Assembly: GCA_020137815.1 (NCBI GenBank)
Contig: CM035355.1
Span: 7,750,001-7,814,000 of the forward strand
DNA: 64,000 nucleotides
Source: Hormiphora californensis
Taxonomy: Eukaryota > Animalia > Ctenophora
Direction of reading: 5' to 3'
Part shown: positions 20,701-29,571 of the stretch, piece by piece
How the letters are laid out: every line of letters begins with the position of its first letter
Numbering within the stretch: the first letter of the stretch is position 1
Position numbers and translations under genes: made by a program
The notes under the pieces: model-generated
What the model was told of the DNA's origin: nothing
Seen by the model: only the letters and a program-made list of their open reading frames with translations
Database searches by the model: none

Positions 20701-22604
20701 ATGTAATTGAATTGGTAACCAACTGGGGTCTCCTAAGCAACTGCCTTGGTTTCCATAGCAACTGATTTGGTTACCATAGCAACTGCTTTGGTTACCATAG
20801 CAACTAACCTAGTTACCTTAGTAACCAACATCGAATCAGCCAAAAAAATGCTATTTGAGCACAAAATTCATTAGGAAATCCAGTTTTGGAGCTCATTCAT
20901 CAATTTTAGATCCATTTGTGGCAGGGAAACACCGCATTATGAACACATAATATAATAATTTATCCTCCTATTCCAATGCATACGCCACATATCGGGGCTC
21001 CCCCTTCGCCCCATCACCTATTCCTATACCCGTCACCCCTGAAGAGAGACCATAGTATGACAATACATATAACAAAACATAAAATTCCACAACATAACAT
21101 TGTCAATTTCATGTGAAACAAAGCTGAATACTAACTTAACCAACCACACTCTACTTTGTGACACACAAAACCACACTTTGTGAGCAACAAAAAGTTTGTC
21201 ACACAACTCCGTGAGGGTTCGGTAGATCATGTTCTCAAGATGTATCCCTTCTTCCATAACATTCAAACCTATGATGATATCTCATTGAGGTTTCAACCCC
21301 AACAAATTCATCACATCTCCGACACTTTTTCCGTTTTGGGCACCGAAATAGAAGGTGACCTTTCAGATTCTTTCCTTTCAGTGAGACGTTACAGTGAATG
21401 CACACAACCATTCCATCTAATAGCACTGGGTCAGGTATCTGTGTTCCACTGGAACTACTACAGGGTTGATCAGAAACACATGACATCTTGGAGTGTTGCT
21501 CCAGATCTGCTCTACAGATGGGGGACTTGGGACGTGGACACAGCTCTGTTAGTATCCGTCCAACTGCCGCACACTCGTAGAAAGAGAGATATAGAAATCG
21601 GCAACTGGGGCACTCTGTAATGCAGTGTGTAATGCATTCCCGGCAGCATAGCTTGTGACAGCATATAGTGGCAACTACATCAAAACATACATCAAGGCAG
21701 ATGAGGCATCTAAAGTGGTCCTCGAGTGATGATGACATGTGTACTATAGCTTTACTTTTTAAAATAATGAATTAGAGTTAGGGGCAGTTCACACCAACTA
21801 AAATATGTATACACGTACATATAGAATCTATGTCAATACAATACGAGAGACATTAAATATGAAACAAGAAATGCCATTTCTGAAATGTATGATGCCAGTG
21901 TTCAGATATCAAGAACACGACTAACAAATGAAAAACGTGTGACTACAATAAAACTAAACCACTGTCAAAAAACCATGTGTAATTTTTTCCCTGTCCGGGA
22001 TGATGTTTTTAGCACGCACGTGCTAAAAAGATCATTCAGGGTTTAGAAATCAGCAGATCGTGGAGTTAACTAAAAGTGTCTGTCTGTCTGTCTGTCCACC
22101 TTTACACAGAGTATCAGCCAAAAATTGCTCTTTAAGTGCTCAGTGCAAAATTCATCGGGAAATTCGGTTCTGAAGCTTAGTAAAGTCGGATTTTTTGAAA
22201 CTGTCACCCCAAAACGACTGCGCATGTGAAATTTATCAATTTTGACGCGCACACCACAATTTAACATGTGATGTGACGCACAAAAACATTCCACACACGA
22301 AAAGGGGGGGGGGTGACAGTTTCAAAAAATCCGACTTTAATCAATTTTACCTGCATTTTGGTAAATACATAATGCAATAATTCTTGATTATCGGGATTAA
22401 AAAACCGTGAAATTTTTGACCGTGAAATTTTTTTGGGAGATAAGTTTTTAAACAGCAGTTTAGGGAAGAGAGAGGGAGATCCGCGAAAATTCTCACCCGT
22501 GGAAATAGCAACGTTTACAGTACCACGTTTTCTAATTTCTATCAATTTACCTGACAGCGAAGTGCAAGAGATTCCTGTCGTAGTGCTTCTGTTGCTTTTT
22601 CCAT
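9117..22604 (-). CDS. SMPD4: Sphingomyelin phosphodiesterase 4-like, 13 exons: 22604-22551, 20176-19999, 16798-16672, 16595-16499, 16146-16062, 15911-15763, 15334-15206, 14884-14776, 14661-14481, 14268-14045, 13903-13713, 9756-9532, 9314-9117
   Basis: Phase-compatible GT-AG exons; SMPD4-like motifs LLSNIFG..GW.L, AFHYYF, EMWL, WPL.SSFR..METWLSFIQPWRY, LRPI.SYE..LVR, LNLR...SYR and a C-terminal hydrophobic anchor. Confidence 0.88.
9897..9988. mobile_element. Small palindromic MITE-like element
   Basis: CTTGTTGAGTAAGGGGTC...GACCCCTTACTCA..CAACAAG inverted ends. Confidence 0.5.
10116..10200. mobile_element. Tc1/mariner (pogo-like) MITE
   Basis: CAGTCGGACCCCGAT TIRs, TA on both sides. Confidence 0.9.
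10319..10987 (-). CDS. Intronless hypothetical protein (~222 aa) nested in SMPD4 intron 11
   Basis: Open, non-repetitive ORF from ATG 10987 (MEVSRLHW...), with an acceptor-like CAG upstream; no recognised domain. Confidence 0.6.
   Translation of the reverse strand: MEVSRLHWKRNIAGIERQLSWEVISNQRDQINFVLLTPTHVLFKLQFEPTSFRGGATNEETIVKTVTSQADLRDFVTRCCSFHTLSVPIATSSSDHQSIVRDAVGELLYNNNITDNNFAGKDVFQEMRYVTRTIYESGEFCTYHHSYIVNTTADIPVTTEMVQDAQNGPWVLRTGCNVERAVGQIVSNGMLVGVPVGTSNLGVNNQVSPLLATLVQVVQLWG
11628..11708. repeat. (GA)n microsatellite; other GA/CT tracts at ~28175-28520, 52455-52690, 53226-53340, 53985-54070, 56415-56505, 59915-60045
   Basis: Read directly. Confidence 0.95.
12061..13512 (-). mobile_element. 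Non-autonomous LINE-derived element encoding only ORF1, with (TTGA)n 3' tail
   Basis: Interrupts the minisatellite; tail at 12061-12079; no endonuclease or RT ORF. Confidence 0.7.
12358..13407 (-). CDS. LINE ORF1-like protein (coiled coil plus RRM-like C-terminal region)
   Basis: RSSNLMVYGLAE, RLGK...RPVRV, VFVAPD.S..ER..RR.L motifs typical of CR1/L2-clade ORF1. Confidence 0.75.
   Translation of the reverse strand: MASKLDRAFTTWQQGGPGNRPYGMTSDYSKLETSILSTLRRVAGYPDPNKEGGEFDPNKLTSKYLSSLDTNKKVQLLSDMAGLLWFRALPLSRLARKELLSADTRAKQNSSVGSNESKETVEKLMEHLDHTRDRLDSATDLVLERDSKIIELQSEISALKDSIISMKDTMLEKSVTAVQTVVKDEIQNYSAVLQTAATAVNQTCVTALAPSKLRTAIASASVDRSSNLMVYGLAESDQQSDSTLVKELFEQLSEAPVLSEVARLGKRGGEGVRPVRVVLRNREVARTILGKSATLKDSDQYQSVFVAPDRSVEERTERRELVAKLREKRDNEPDKVWRIRRGSIVESET
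14860..15075 (-). repeat. Tandem copies of the SMPD4 exon-8 acceptor plus first ~23 exon bases
   Basis: Five copies of AG|TTTCTAAGTTACCACTTTGCTAC on the minus strand. Confidence 0.9.
15522..15605. mobile_element. pogo-like MITE (CAGTCGGACCCC TIR, TA TSD)
   Basis: TIRs and TA flanks seen. Confidence 0.88.
16213..16530 (-). repeat. 35-bp minisatellite made of the SMPD4 exon-4 end plus GTTAGT donor
   Basis: Unit TACTTTACCTACTTCCTGATAAACCCACCG|GTTAG. Confidence 0.92.
16834..17980 (+). mobile_element. Head-to-tail dimer of a non-autonomous Helitron (16834-17423, 17424-17980)
   Basis: Each unit runs 5'-TC...CTAG-3'; inserted between A and T with no TSD; GGTGCCGC-GAA-GCGGCGCC hairpin; absent at the homologous site ~30050. 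Confidence 0.85.
18474..19109 (-). CDS. ELP6: Elongator complex protein 6-like, intronless, nested in SMPD4 intron 2 (copy A)
   Basis: C-terminal L.SG.S.EVDG...YK..ERGVKVFPVG resembles ELP6; ORF intact in both copies. Confidence 0.75.
   Translation of the reverse strand: MILDALKPWLGSNTSHLILYDRHANPSAPVSSLLSTSLRYDHLTVGVMNHPGTRAHLQALLLKCSAGKAIGEDRVRFVDVTCTIGDAPDLKLLAEDLSKCDVVFLPDIYLLPYLGCSLCDTITLVQTLLSTSKHVIVTSRVAMETNQLNSLLGELLGHVLTVDTLESGASMEVDGHVTCESRDSGEYKQALYKTSERGVKVFPVGTAPGTV
19152..19766. mobile_element. TA-flanked MITE with (TTTTTTAGC)n subterminal arrays
   Basis: GGGGGGGGTCCAGCCCTAAAAAAAGCTA TIRs; absent at ~31015 in copy B. Confidence 0.85.
20728..20825. promoter_or_regulatory. Five RFX X-box-like motifs at exact 21-bp spacing
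   Basis: GTCTCCTAAGCAAC 20728, GTTTCCATAGCAAC 20749, GTTACCATAGCAAC 20770 and 20791, GTTACCTTAGTAAC 20812. Confidence 0.65.
21235..21738 (-). CDS. RING-HC protein with TRAF-type zinc fingers (putative E3 ligase), intronless
   Basis: CxxC-x11-C-C-H-xx-C-x-x-E-C...CPSCR plus CIHC...H...C and CRRC...H...C motifs. Confidence 0.75.
   Translation of the reverse strand: MSSSLEDHFRCLICLDVCFDVVATICCHKLCCRECITHCITECPSCRFLYLSFYECAAVGRILTELCPRPKSPICRADLEQHSKMSCVSDQPCSSSSGTQIPDPVLLDGMVVCIHCNVSLKGKNLKGHLLFRCPKRKKCRRCDEFVGVETSMRYHHRFECYGRRDTS
22180..22340. mobile_element. MITE with TAAAGTCGGATTTTTTGAAACTGTCACCCC TIRs
   Basis: ~30-bp perfect TIRs; the same end recurs at ~25962. Confidence 0.8.
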
Positions 22605-22896
22605 GTCGCTAGATTGAAAAAAGGGACGGTTAGGTTGGGTGGAAACTGATACAATAAATTGCTAAGTGATATGAATTTTCATAGATATACAGCACAACTA
22701 ATTTACACAAAACAACATCTGCCGCAGAAAAAAAAACCAAAAAACAGCAATGTTACAACAGTTTCTTAACATGTTCTAACGCTCCTTAATTTGAGAGAGA
22801 GGGTTGTCGGTTGAGCTTGCCTTGCTAGACTGTGGTTCGGGCGCCCCGTATGTAAAGGGTTGGTTAGAACATAACAAGGTTGAGCAAGGCACCTAT

Positions 22897-23472
22897 TCAC
22901 TCGGTCCAGGGAAAGGGAACACTGTGTTTTCCAGTCAGTTCCTCAGCTAAGAGACTCTCTAGTTTCCCATTGCTACCAACTAACCCAGAACACACTCTAC
23001 TCGCCCACTTCCTATACTCTCCCACCCTCTCCTCCGTCCATCCCACGGGGGTTTCAGCACTCAAATCCCTGAGATTATACAACTTATCAGCTAGCTTCAC
23101 CAGCTTTGCCTTGTGAGACTTGCCCGGACCATTAACAACTTGGAGCCGCTTTCTCTCCTCTTTTGGCAGAGATTTATCATCTGTGACCTCATTCACAAGA
23201 CCTCTTACCTCAACCCCAAACTCGGCCTCAATTTCCTCTAACGAGGTATCAGTATCTTCAACTGTATCGTGTAGAACGGCTGCCATGAGAGTTGGTATAT
23301 CTGTCACATCACCCTCTGTACAGAGAATATTCATCACCCCGATAGGGTGGTTGATGTAGGGGGTTTCAGCAAGGTTCTTTCGTCGTTGTGTTGAGTGTTT
23401 AAGAGCGGCAAAGTTGGTTGCTCGCACCAAGTCACTGACAGTGCTAGAGGACATTCTACGGAGGTGGAGCAT
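22897..23472 (-). CDS. HDDC3: MESH1 (ppGpp/NADPH hydrolase, HD domain), copy A
   Basis: QRRK...PYINHPIGV, AAVLHDTVEDT, VKLADKLYNLRDL motifs. Confidence 0.95.
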   Translation of the reverse strand: MLHLRRMSSSTVSDLVRATNFAALKHSTQRRKNLAETPYINHPIGVMNILCTEGDVTDIPTLMAAVLHDTVEDTDTSLEEIEAEFGVEVRGLVNEVTDDKSLPKEERKRLQVVNGPGKSHKAKLVKLADKLYNLRDLSAETPVGWTEERVGEYRKWASRVCSGLVGSNGKLESLLAEELTGKHSVPFPWTE

Positions 23473-24150
23473 GATTGCCCCCTTTGGTTAGTAGGGAGGG
23501 GAGCTAGAGCAATGCAGTATCCCTATTTGGGTTAGTAGGGAGGGGTGCTGGGTTAGTAGGGAGGGGAGCTGGGAATCAGGGGTTAGTAGGGAGGGGAGTT
23601 GGGAATGGGGATAGCTTTGAATTGGGGAGCTGGGAGTCAGGCCCAGGGGAGGGGAGCTAAGTCTGGGGTGTGTCATGTTGGTGAAAGGCGGGTAGCGCGC
23701 ACAGTTCAGACAAATCTGACTCGCGCCCTACGTCAATGTAATCCAACGAGTGTGACAAGGAGTGGCCCACTACAGAAACTTGCACGATACACTGACGATA
23801 CACGTAACAAGATTACGATTTGTATATACCAACTGGATGGGCGAAGGGAGGGGCGTTTTAGCATGAATTAAACTCAGTGTAAAATAAAAAACTAGGTATA
23901 AAACTGGATAAAACATGCACAATAATTACGGTGAAAGATCGGTATAAAAACTAAAAATATCGGTAAAGCTAAAAACTTGTTTTAATTGTTTTTTGATCAC
24001 AGGCTTTAAAAAGTCACAAATCAGTGTGTGGCATTCGGTTGTTATGGTCTAACTTCTAACCTTCTTTGTCGGATCGCGGTGAGAAAGGGGTGCAGTGAAA
24101 GGGTCGAGGGAGGCAAGCTATTCGCATCCTGACCAGATTCAATATGATTG

Positions 24151-25170
24151 TTATTGCAAAAAGTTGTATCTAAACCGATCAGGGCCACTGGTAAACCCCC
24201 TGACGCGTTTCAGTACCACAACATCATCTCCAACTCGGACCACACCAGGCCTCAGAACCCGATAATAAATCCCCATACACATCTTATTATTCTTATCCCT
24301 GTGCTCCCCATGTTTCTGTAGTGCATTCAGGAATTCTGGCTCATATCTCCCGTCCAAAGCATTAATAGTCCCACACCGGGGGTTCACGAAGGCCATCTCC
24401 AACTCTACCTGCTCCCCAACCCTTACCACCTTCCATTCAACCTCATCGCAAGCCACACTCCCCTCGACTAAGATATTAGGCCGGAATCTCTCCGCTCCAA
24501 CCTGGACGGGCGCAGCAGAGGCGTTCAACCTGTCCACAGTAGATTGACACACAATATGAACGGGAAGGACAGGGCCAGCCGACCTATCAGTACAGATATA
24601 CACGGGCAGGTTTATATCCCCCTGACAGGTCGTCTCAGGGGTATAAAGTAGGGTAACGGGTTTACTCATAATCTTGGTAAACCACGCATCCGCTTCCTCA
24701 CTAACCCTCACATATTCCCTGCCATCGAGACCGTTCTTAGTGGGTACTCCGGTAATTCTAACTGCCTTACGTGCCTCTAATTCCTGTATGTCTATCACAA
24801 GATCGGGGAGGGAGGGATAGGACGCGGTGAGGACATGACCTGACATGGAGCACGTCACATTCATAGTTTCAATGGCACCAGCAGGAGAAGTAGACGATAT
24901 ACGAGCAGAGGAATGGTCGATAGGATAGAGAGCGAATCGTTTGTTGTATTTTACATCCCATTTTGTCACACTAATCTCTTGAAGGTGTTTTAGTTTAGTT
25001 CCTCTTATGTAGGACATAGAGAGCTGCTTAACGGTTCCTACCTTCTCCGGCTGATGAAATGAAATCCATCGTTGGATGGTTTCTAGAATTCCAAGGGTCC
25101 CCTGTCCTGCCAAGATTACCCCTAACCATAGGGGCTTTAGGTCCACATTCTCAGGAAGCCAAGAATTCAT
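24151..25170 (-). CDS. MOSC-domain protein, mARC-like, copy A
   Basis: ERFRPNILVEG, RC..IN conserved Cys, G.Y..V...G.V.VGD; N-terminal hydrophobic segment. Confidence 0.85.
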   Translation of the reverse strand: MNSWLPENVDLKPLWLGVILAGQGTLGILETIQRWISFHQPEKVGTVKQLSMSYIRGTKLKHLQEISVTKWDVKYNKRFALYPIDHSSARISSTSPAGAIETMNVTCSMSGHVLTASYPSLPDLVIDIQELEARKAVRITGVPTKNGLDGREYVRVSEEADAWFTKIMSKPVTLLYTPETTCQGDINLPVYICTDRSAGPVLPVHIVCQSTVDRLNASAAPVQVGAERFRPNILVEGSVACDEVEWKVVRVGEQVELEMAFVNPRCGTINALDGRYEPEFLNALQKHGEHRDKNNKMCMGIYYRVLRPGVVRVGDDVVVLKRVRGFTSGPDRFRYNFLQ

Positions 25171-25471
25171 CCGACCTAAAAAATATATTTTGGTTTTAAT
25201 TGGAGACGGTGCTTTTCTGACGCGGTTATGTAGCGTTTACAGACCGCCCTTTGTCAGAACGGCTCGATTCACCAAGACAAAGTTCTCATATATAATTGCA
25301 GATTATCCCTGCGCTGGTATCAAAAACTGGTTTTCCCCTGCTTGTGTGGGATTTTCAACAACATGCAGTTCTGATTCCGGGCGAACCTTTTCTCAATTTC
25401 GCTAACGTTGCAGGGTTGTTCGCTTTTAGCAGTGCCCAAGGGACGGCGCATGGCATGTTTAAAAGCGGGAT

Positions 25472-25620
25472 AAAGTCCTTTTTATTCAACTGTTCACCCA
25501 AAATTGAAATTTCAGTGAAATTTAGAATTTTCGTGGCGTGCACTGCATGTTAACATGTGATAGACACGCAAAACAATTCCGTGCACGACTTTGGGGGTAA
25601 CAGTTGAAAAAAAATGGAGT
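25472..25620. mobile_element. MITE of the 7088 family, copy A only
   Basis: AGTCCTTTTT..CAACTGTT and AACAGTTGAAAAAA ends; absent at 44220/48810. Confidence 0.65.
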
Positions 25621-26104
25621 ATATAAATGTAATATTGATTCGGTTTGCCGTTTGGCCCAGGAAGTCCCTGGGTGTCCGGGGAGCTGGGCCACTGGGCATC
25701 TCGGTCAGAGGTTGTGAACAGTGAAACCCCCCGCAGGCAGGGTCCGGACTCCGGTGACCCAGCCCCGACGAGGGTGTAGCGGCGAAGCCCCCGCAGGCAT
25801 TGTTCACGGGCTGCAAGCCTCGTTGGGGTTTGAGTGGGCCAGCCGCCAGGAAAGAGAAAAATTTACAAAAAATATCAGTTTCTTTGACCTTGGCAAATTT
25901 TTTTAAATAAATAACACAACCCACTAGAGACCTCAGGGGTGAAACGGTGCAGAGCAGCCACTAAAGTCGGATTTTTTGAAACTGTCACCCCCCTGAAATA
26001 ACAAAATTTGCCATATCTCCGGTTCCTGATAAAATAGAGACTTGAAATTTGGAGGTTCGGAAGAACTTGGCAAGATCTTCGTAACCTCCAAACGTTGCTG
26101 GCGC

Positions 26105-26900
26105 TTTTCGGGCGCCGTTACGATCTGGGTGTTTGGTGGCCTGTTTACAGGTGCGCGCTGCCAAAAAAGTTGATTCACTAAAATGACTCTAACCGCCAAA
26201 CCACTCAACCATTTTGGCCAATTCAAAGTTTATCTGGTAGGAAATGTCAAGGCCTAACCCCAACCCAAACCCCAGCCCTAACCCTAACCCCACTTTAGCC
26301 CTAACCCTAAAAAACCGTTTGTCAGCACTCACGAAACACCCAGATTTTAACGCTGGCCGCGCTTTTCGACCCGCCGGGACAAATTAAAAAAAAACATTTT
26401 TAGCTCGATTTTGAGACGCGGCGTCGCGAAAATGGATATTACTGGCGCGCTACGTTTTCAGGCTGCGTCGAGCAGCGGAAATTACGCTTGTTTTGGTTTG
26501 ATGAACTGAGCTGCACTTTTTTAGGCCAGCGTTAAAATCTTTAATCTTAAATCTGGGTGTTTCGTGAGTGCTGACAAACGGTTTTTTAGGGTTAGGGCTA
26601 AAGTGGGGTTAGGGTTAGGGCTGGGGTTTGGGTTGGGGTTTGGCCTTGACATTTCCTACCAGATAAACTTTGAATTAGCCAAAACGGTTGAGCAGTTTGG
26701 CGGTTAGAGCTCTAGGAGAAGGCATCTGGTTGCAGTCACTGTTTTTCGGAAAGGCGGACCATTTGCATATTACAAACTGTGTCAGAGCGGGATATAAACT
26801 GTTACTATTATTATTATTATTATTATTTTAGTGAATCAACTTTTTTGGCAGCGCGCACCTGTAAACAGGCCACCAAACACCCAGATCGTAACGGCGCCGA
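26105..26900. repeat. Two inverted copies of a CCCTAA-containing repeat flanking ~160 bp of host DNA
   Basis: ~26105-26360 is the reverse complement of ~26523-26900; the spacer, but not the arms, is present at 48997-49270. Confidence 0.75.
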
Positions 26901-27627
26901 CTTTTTTAGCGCTGGCACAGATTTTTTTAAATCGTGCCCCCCGAAAACTGAAAAGCCAAAACTATAAGGCAAAATCACTGGTGGATGGGGTATGCTTGCC
27001 TTGTTCGACCCTTGAACAAAACAAGGGTATGCTAGCAACCCCGGGGGCAGATGATCAAACCCGATGTGTATGAGACTCATTGCCATTAACGCTACATACG
27101 GTTACCCCTGTCTCTCTTCGGCTGTTGAAAAGTGACGCCAATCGGTGTTGGGGTACTATTTTGTTGGGGTCTGCTATCTGTAGCACATACCAAGTCAGGC
27201 ACAACGATTTAAAAAAACCGTTGCCTTATCCCATTCGTCAGAGAGGTCTGTAACATATACCAAGCCACTCCAGGTAACGTTTGCCGGCTGAGTCGGGTTA
27301 TCGCGTCTTTTGCCCGAAAATAGAACCATATTTCAACTTCTAAGGGCGATGAAAACGAGATGTTTCTCTCCGTTTAATTAGTAAGGCATAAAGGAACAGA
27401 TATCATCGCCTATAAATTGAAATTTGTACATGAATATCTTCCTCTACTACCACCTAGGAAGGGATGAGGACACATCCTGGGTGTGGCAGGGTGTGGCAGG
27501 GTGTGGCAGGTGAAATACCCGTCTGCCTTTACCTCAATTTCAAAACATGTCGAACCTTGTAGCTTGTAGCTTGTAAGCTATCCAATTGATTGTGTAATTA
27601 TTACCTTTACTTCATGTAGTAGCGGCC

Positions 27628-27668
27628 ATGTCGGGCTATCACCAGGCAGGCAACGAAGTGGAAGGAGG
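27628..27668 (+). CDS. Duplicate first coding exon of the iRhom-family gene (copy A, cut off at the junction)
   Basis: MSGYHQAGNEVEG|gtaag; differs from 51791-51831 only at synonymous positions. Confidence 0.7.
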
Positions 27669-28189
27669 GTAAGTTATCTACAGTTTTAATTCCTTGTTGA
27701 GTCCCAGTTTAACATTGTTCTCCCCCCCCCCTCATTGTTTCCCCTTATTTCCCTACCCAACCCTAAACATTGTTACCCCTTATTTCCATTCCCATTCCCA
27801 ACCCTATGAAGTGTAGTTTAGGGTTTGGGAAGGTTGGGATACTGGTGGTTGGGTGCATAAAACCCAATCAGACATGGGTAGGTGGTTTCTCAACGTACTT
27901 AGATAGGGATTGATACCGTAGATTAAATTTCAAAGTCCAAATGATACATCATACAGGGGGATAAAAAACTTTAATAATCATCAGATTAGCATGTTAGGTA
28001 GGACACACGTTAGTCTTTACTCTTTAGGACATATGTTAGGACATTTTATGATACACACATTTTAGGATAAACGTGGATTATCTTTTAAAAAGCTTGCGTG
28101 CAACAGCGGTTTTTGCTTCCCACCTCAGTCGACAATCATATGTCTTTTCCTTCTATTTCCCTCTCCATCTCCATCTCTCTCTCTCTCTT

Positions 28190-28270
<81 letters not shown>

Positions 28271-28277
28271 CTCTCTT

Positions 28278-28311
<34 letters not shown>

Positions 28312-28316
28312 ACTCT

Positions 28317-28361
<45 letters not shown>

Positions 28362-28897
28362 TCTCCTCATCTCTCATCTCTACATCACTGCTCTCGTACG
28401 CTCCGTCACTCTCTATCTATCTCTCCTCTCTTCTCCTCTCTGCTCTCATACTCTCTCTCTGGGTATCTCTCTTCTCTCTCTCATCTCTCACTCTCTCTCT
28501 CTCTCTCTCTCCTCTCTCTGATGCTTGATCACCCTCTATGTTGCTGCACGTCTGCTTGTTAATATCGCTATGCTGCGTTTACTCCACACTTCTCGAGAAG
28601 AGAAACAGTGTGATTCATATTTCTGTACTGTATACTGTGTACTCTACACTTTGTACTGTCATGACAGGCTGGTATTATGAGCCAAGATCTCTCCACTCTC
28701 ATATTGTGGGAACTGGGCGATTCTAGCATCGTATTCTGTGTGTTCTAGTATCATGCCCTCCTTGCAGTAGGAGCGTGTTCCCTTGTTGTTCTTTAAAATG
28801 CCCTATGGGTATTTATGCATCGTATTTAAGGAGATCTTACTATTTCTCTTCCTCCTTCTCTATACCCTAAAGGACCTGTTTTGGTTTTGGATACACC

Positions 28898-29560
28898 CCG
28901 GTTAGTACTTTACCTACTTCCTGATAAACCCACCGTTAGTACTTTACCTACTTCCTGATAAACCCACCGGTTAGTACTTTACCTACTTCCTGATAAACCC
29001 ACCGGTTAGTACTTTACCTACTTCCTGATAAACCCACCGTTAGTACTTTACCTACTTCCTGATAAACCCACCGGTTAGTACTTTACCTACTTCCTGATAA
29101 ACCCCGGTTAGTACTTTACCTACTTCCTGATAAACCCACCGGTTAGTACTTTACCTACTTTCTGATAAACCCACCGGTTAGTACTTTACCTACTTCCTGA
29201 TAAACCCACCGGTTAGTACATTACCTACTTTCTGATAAACCCACCGGTTAGTACTTTACCTACTTCCTGATAAACCCACCGGTTAGTACTTTACCTACTT
29301 CCTGATAAACCCACCGGTTAGTACTTTACCTACTTCCTGATAAACCCACCGGTTAGTACTTTACCTACTTCCTGATAACCCACGCGTTAGTACTTTACCT
29401 ACTTCCTGATAAACCCACCGGTTAGTACTTTACCTACTTCCTGATAAACCCACCGGTTAGTACTTTACCTACTTCCTGATAAACCCACCGGTTAGTACTT
29501 TACCTACTTCCTGATAAACCCACCGGTTAGTACTTTCAACTCCTTTAACTTAATTATTTA
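28898..29560 (+). repeat. Inverted copy of the 35-bp SMPD4 exon-4 donor minisatellite at the copy A/B junction
   Basis: Reverse complement of the 16196-16530 repeat and its flank. Confidence 0.9.
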
Positions 29561-29571
29561 ACTTAATATTT

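Larger units (their letters stand above)
20375..22388 (+). mobile_element. Composite non-autonomous Helentron-type (HINE/DINE-1-like) element
   Basis: 5' TTTTTCCCTGCC subTIR and hairpin, GTCY microsatellite, central 21-bp repeats, GGCAGGGAAA subTIR at ~20920. A second head starts at ~21983 and the terminal CATAATGCAATAATTCTTG lies at ~22368. Confidence 0.7.
20301..22520. mobile_element. TA-TSD TIR element (CTGTAAACGTTG ends) hosting nested Helentron-type pieces and a RING gene
   Basis: TA|CTGTAAACGTTG...CAACGTTTACAG|TA; empty site GGTAT-TA-CCACGT at ~31590. Confidence 0.85.

Noticed and set aside
22897-25170. HD-hydrolase plus MOSC as a bacterial HGT or defence operon
   Set aside because: MESH1 and mARC-like genes are ordinary animal genes; the context has spliceosomal signals.
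26250-26640. Interstitial telomere or fusion site
   Set aside because: Only a few degenerate CCCTAA units inside a dispersed repeat.
28073-28562. SL/RE-repeat ORFs (also ~11.5, 52.4-54.2, 56.3, 59.8 kb)
   Set aside because: Translations of GA/CT microsatellites.
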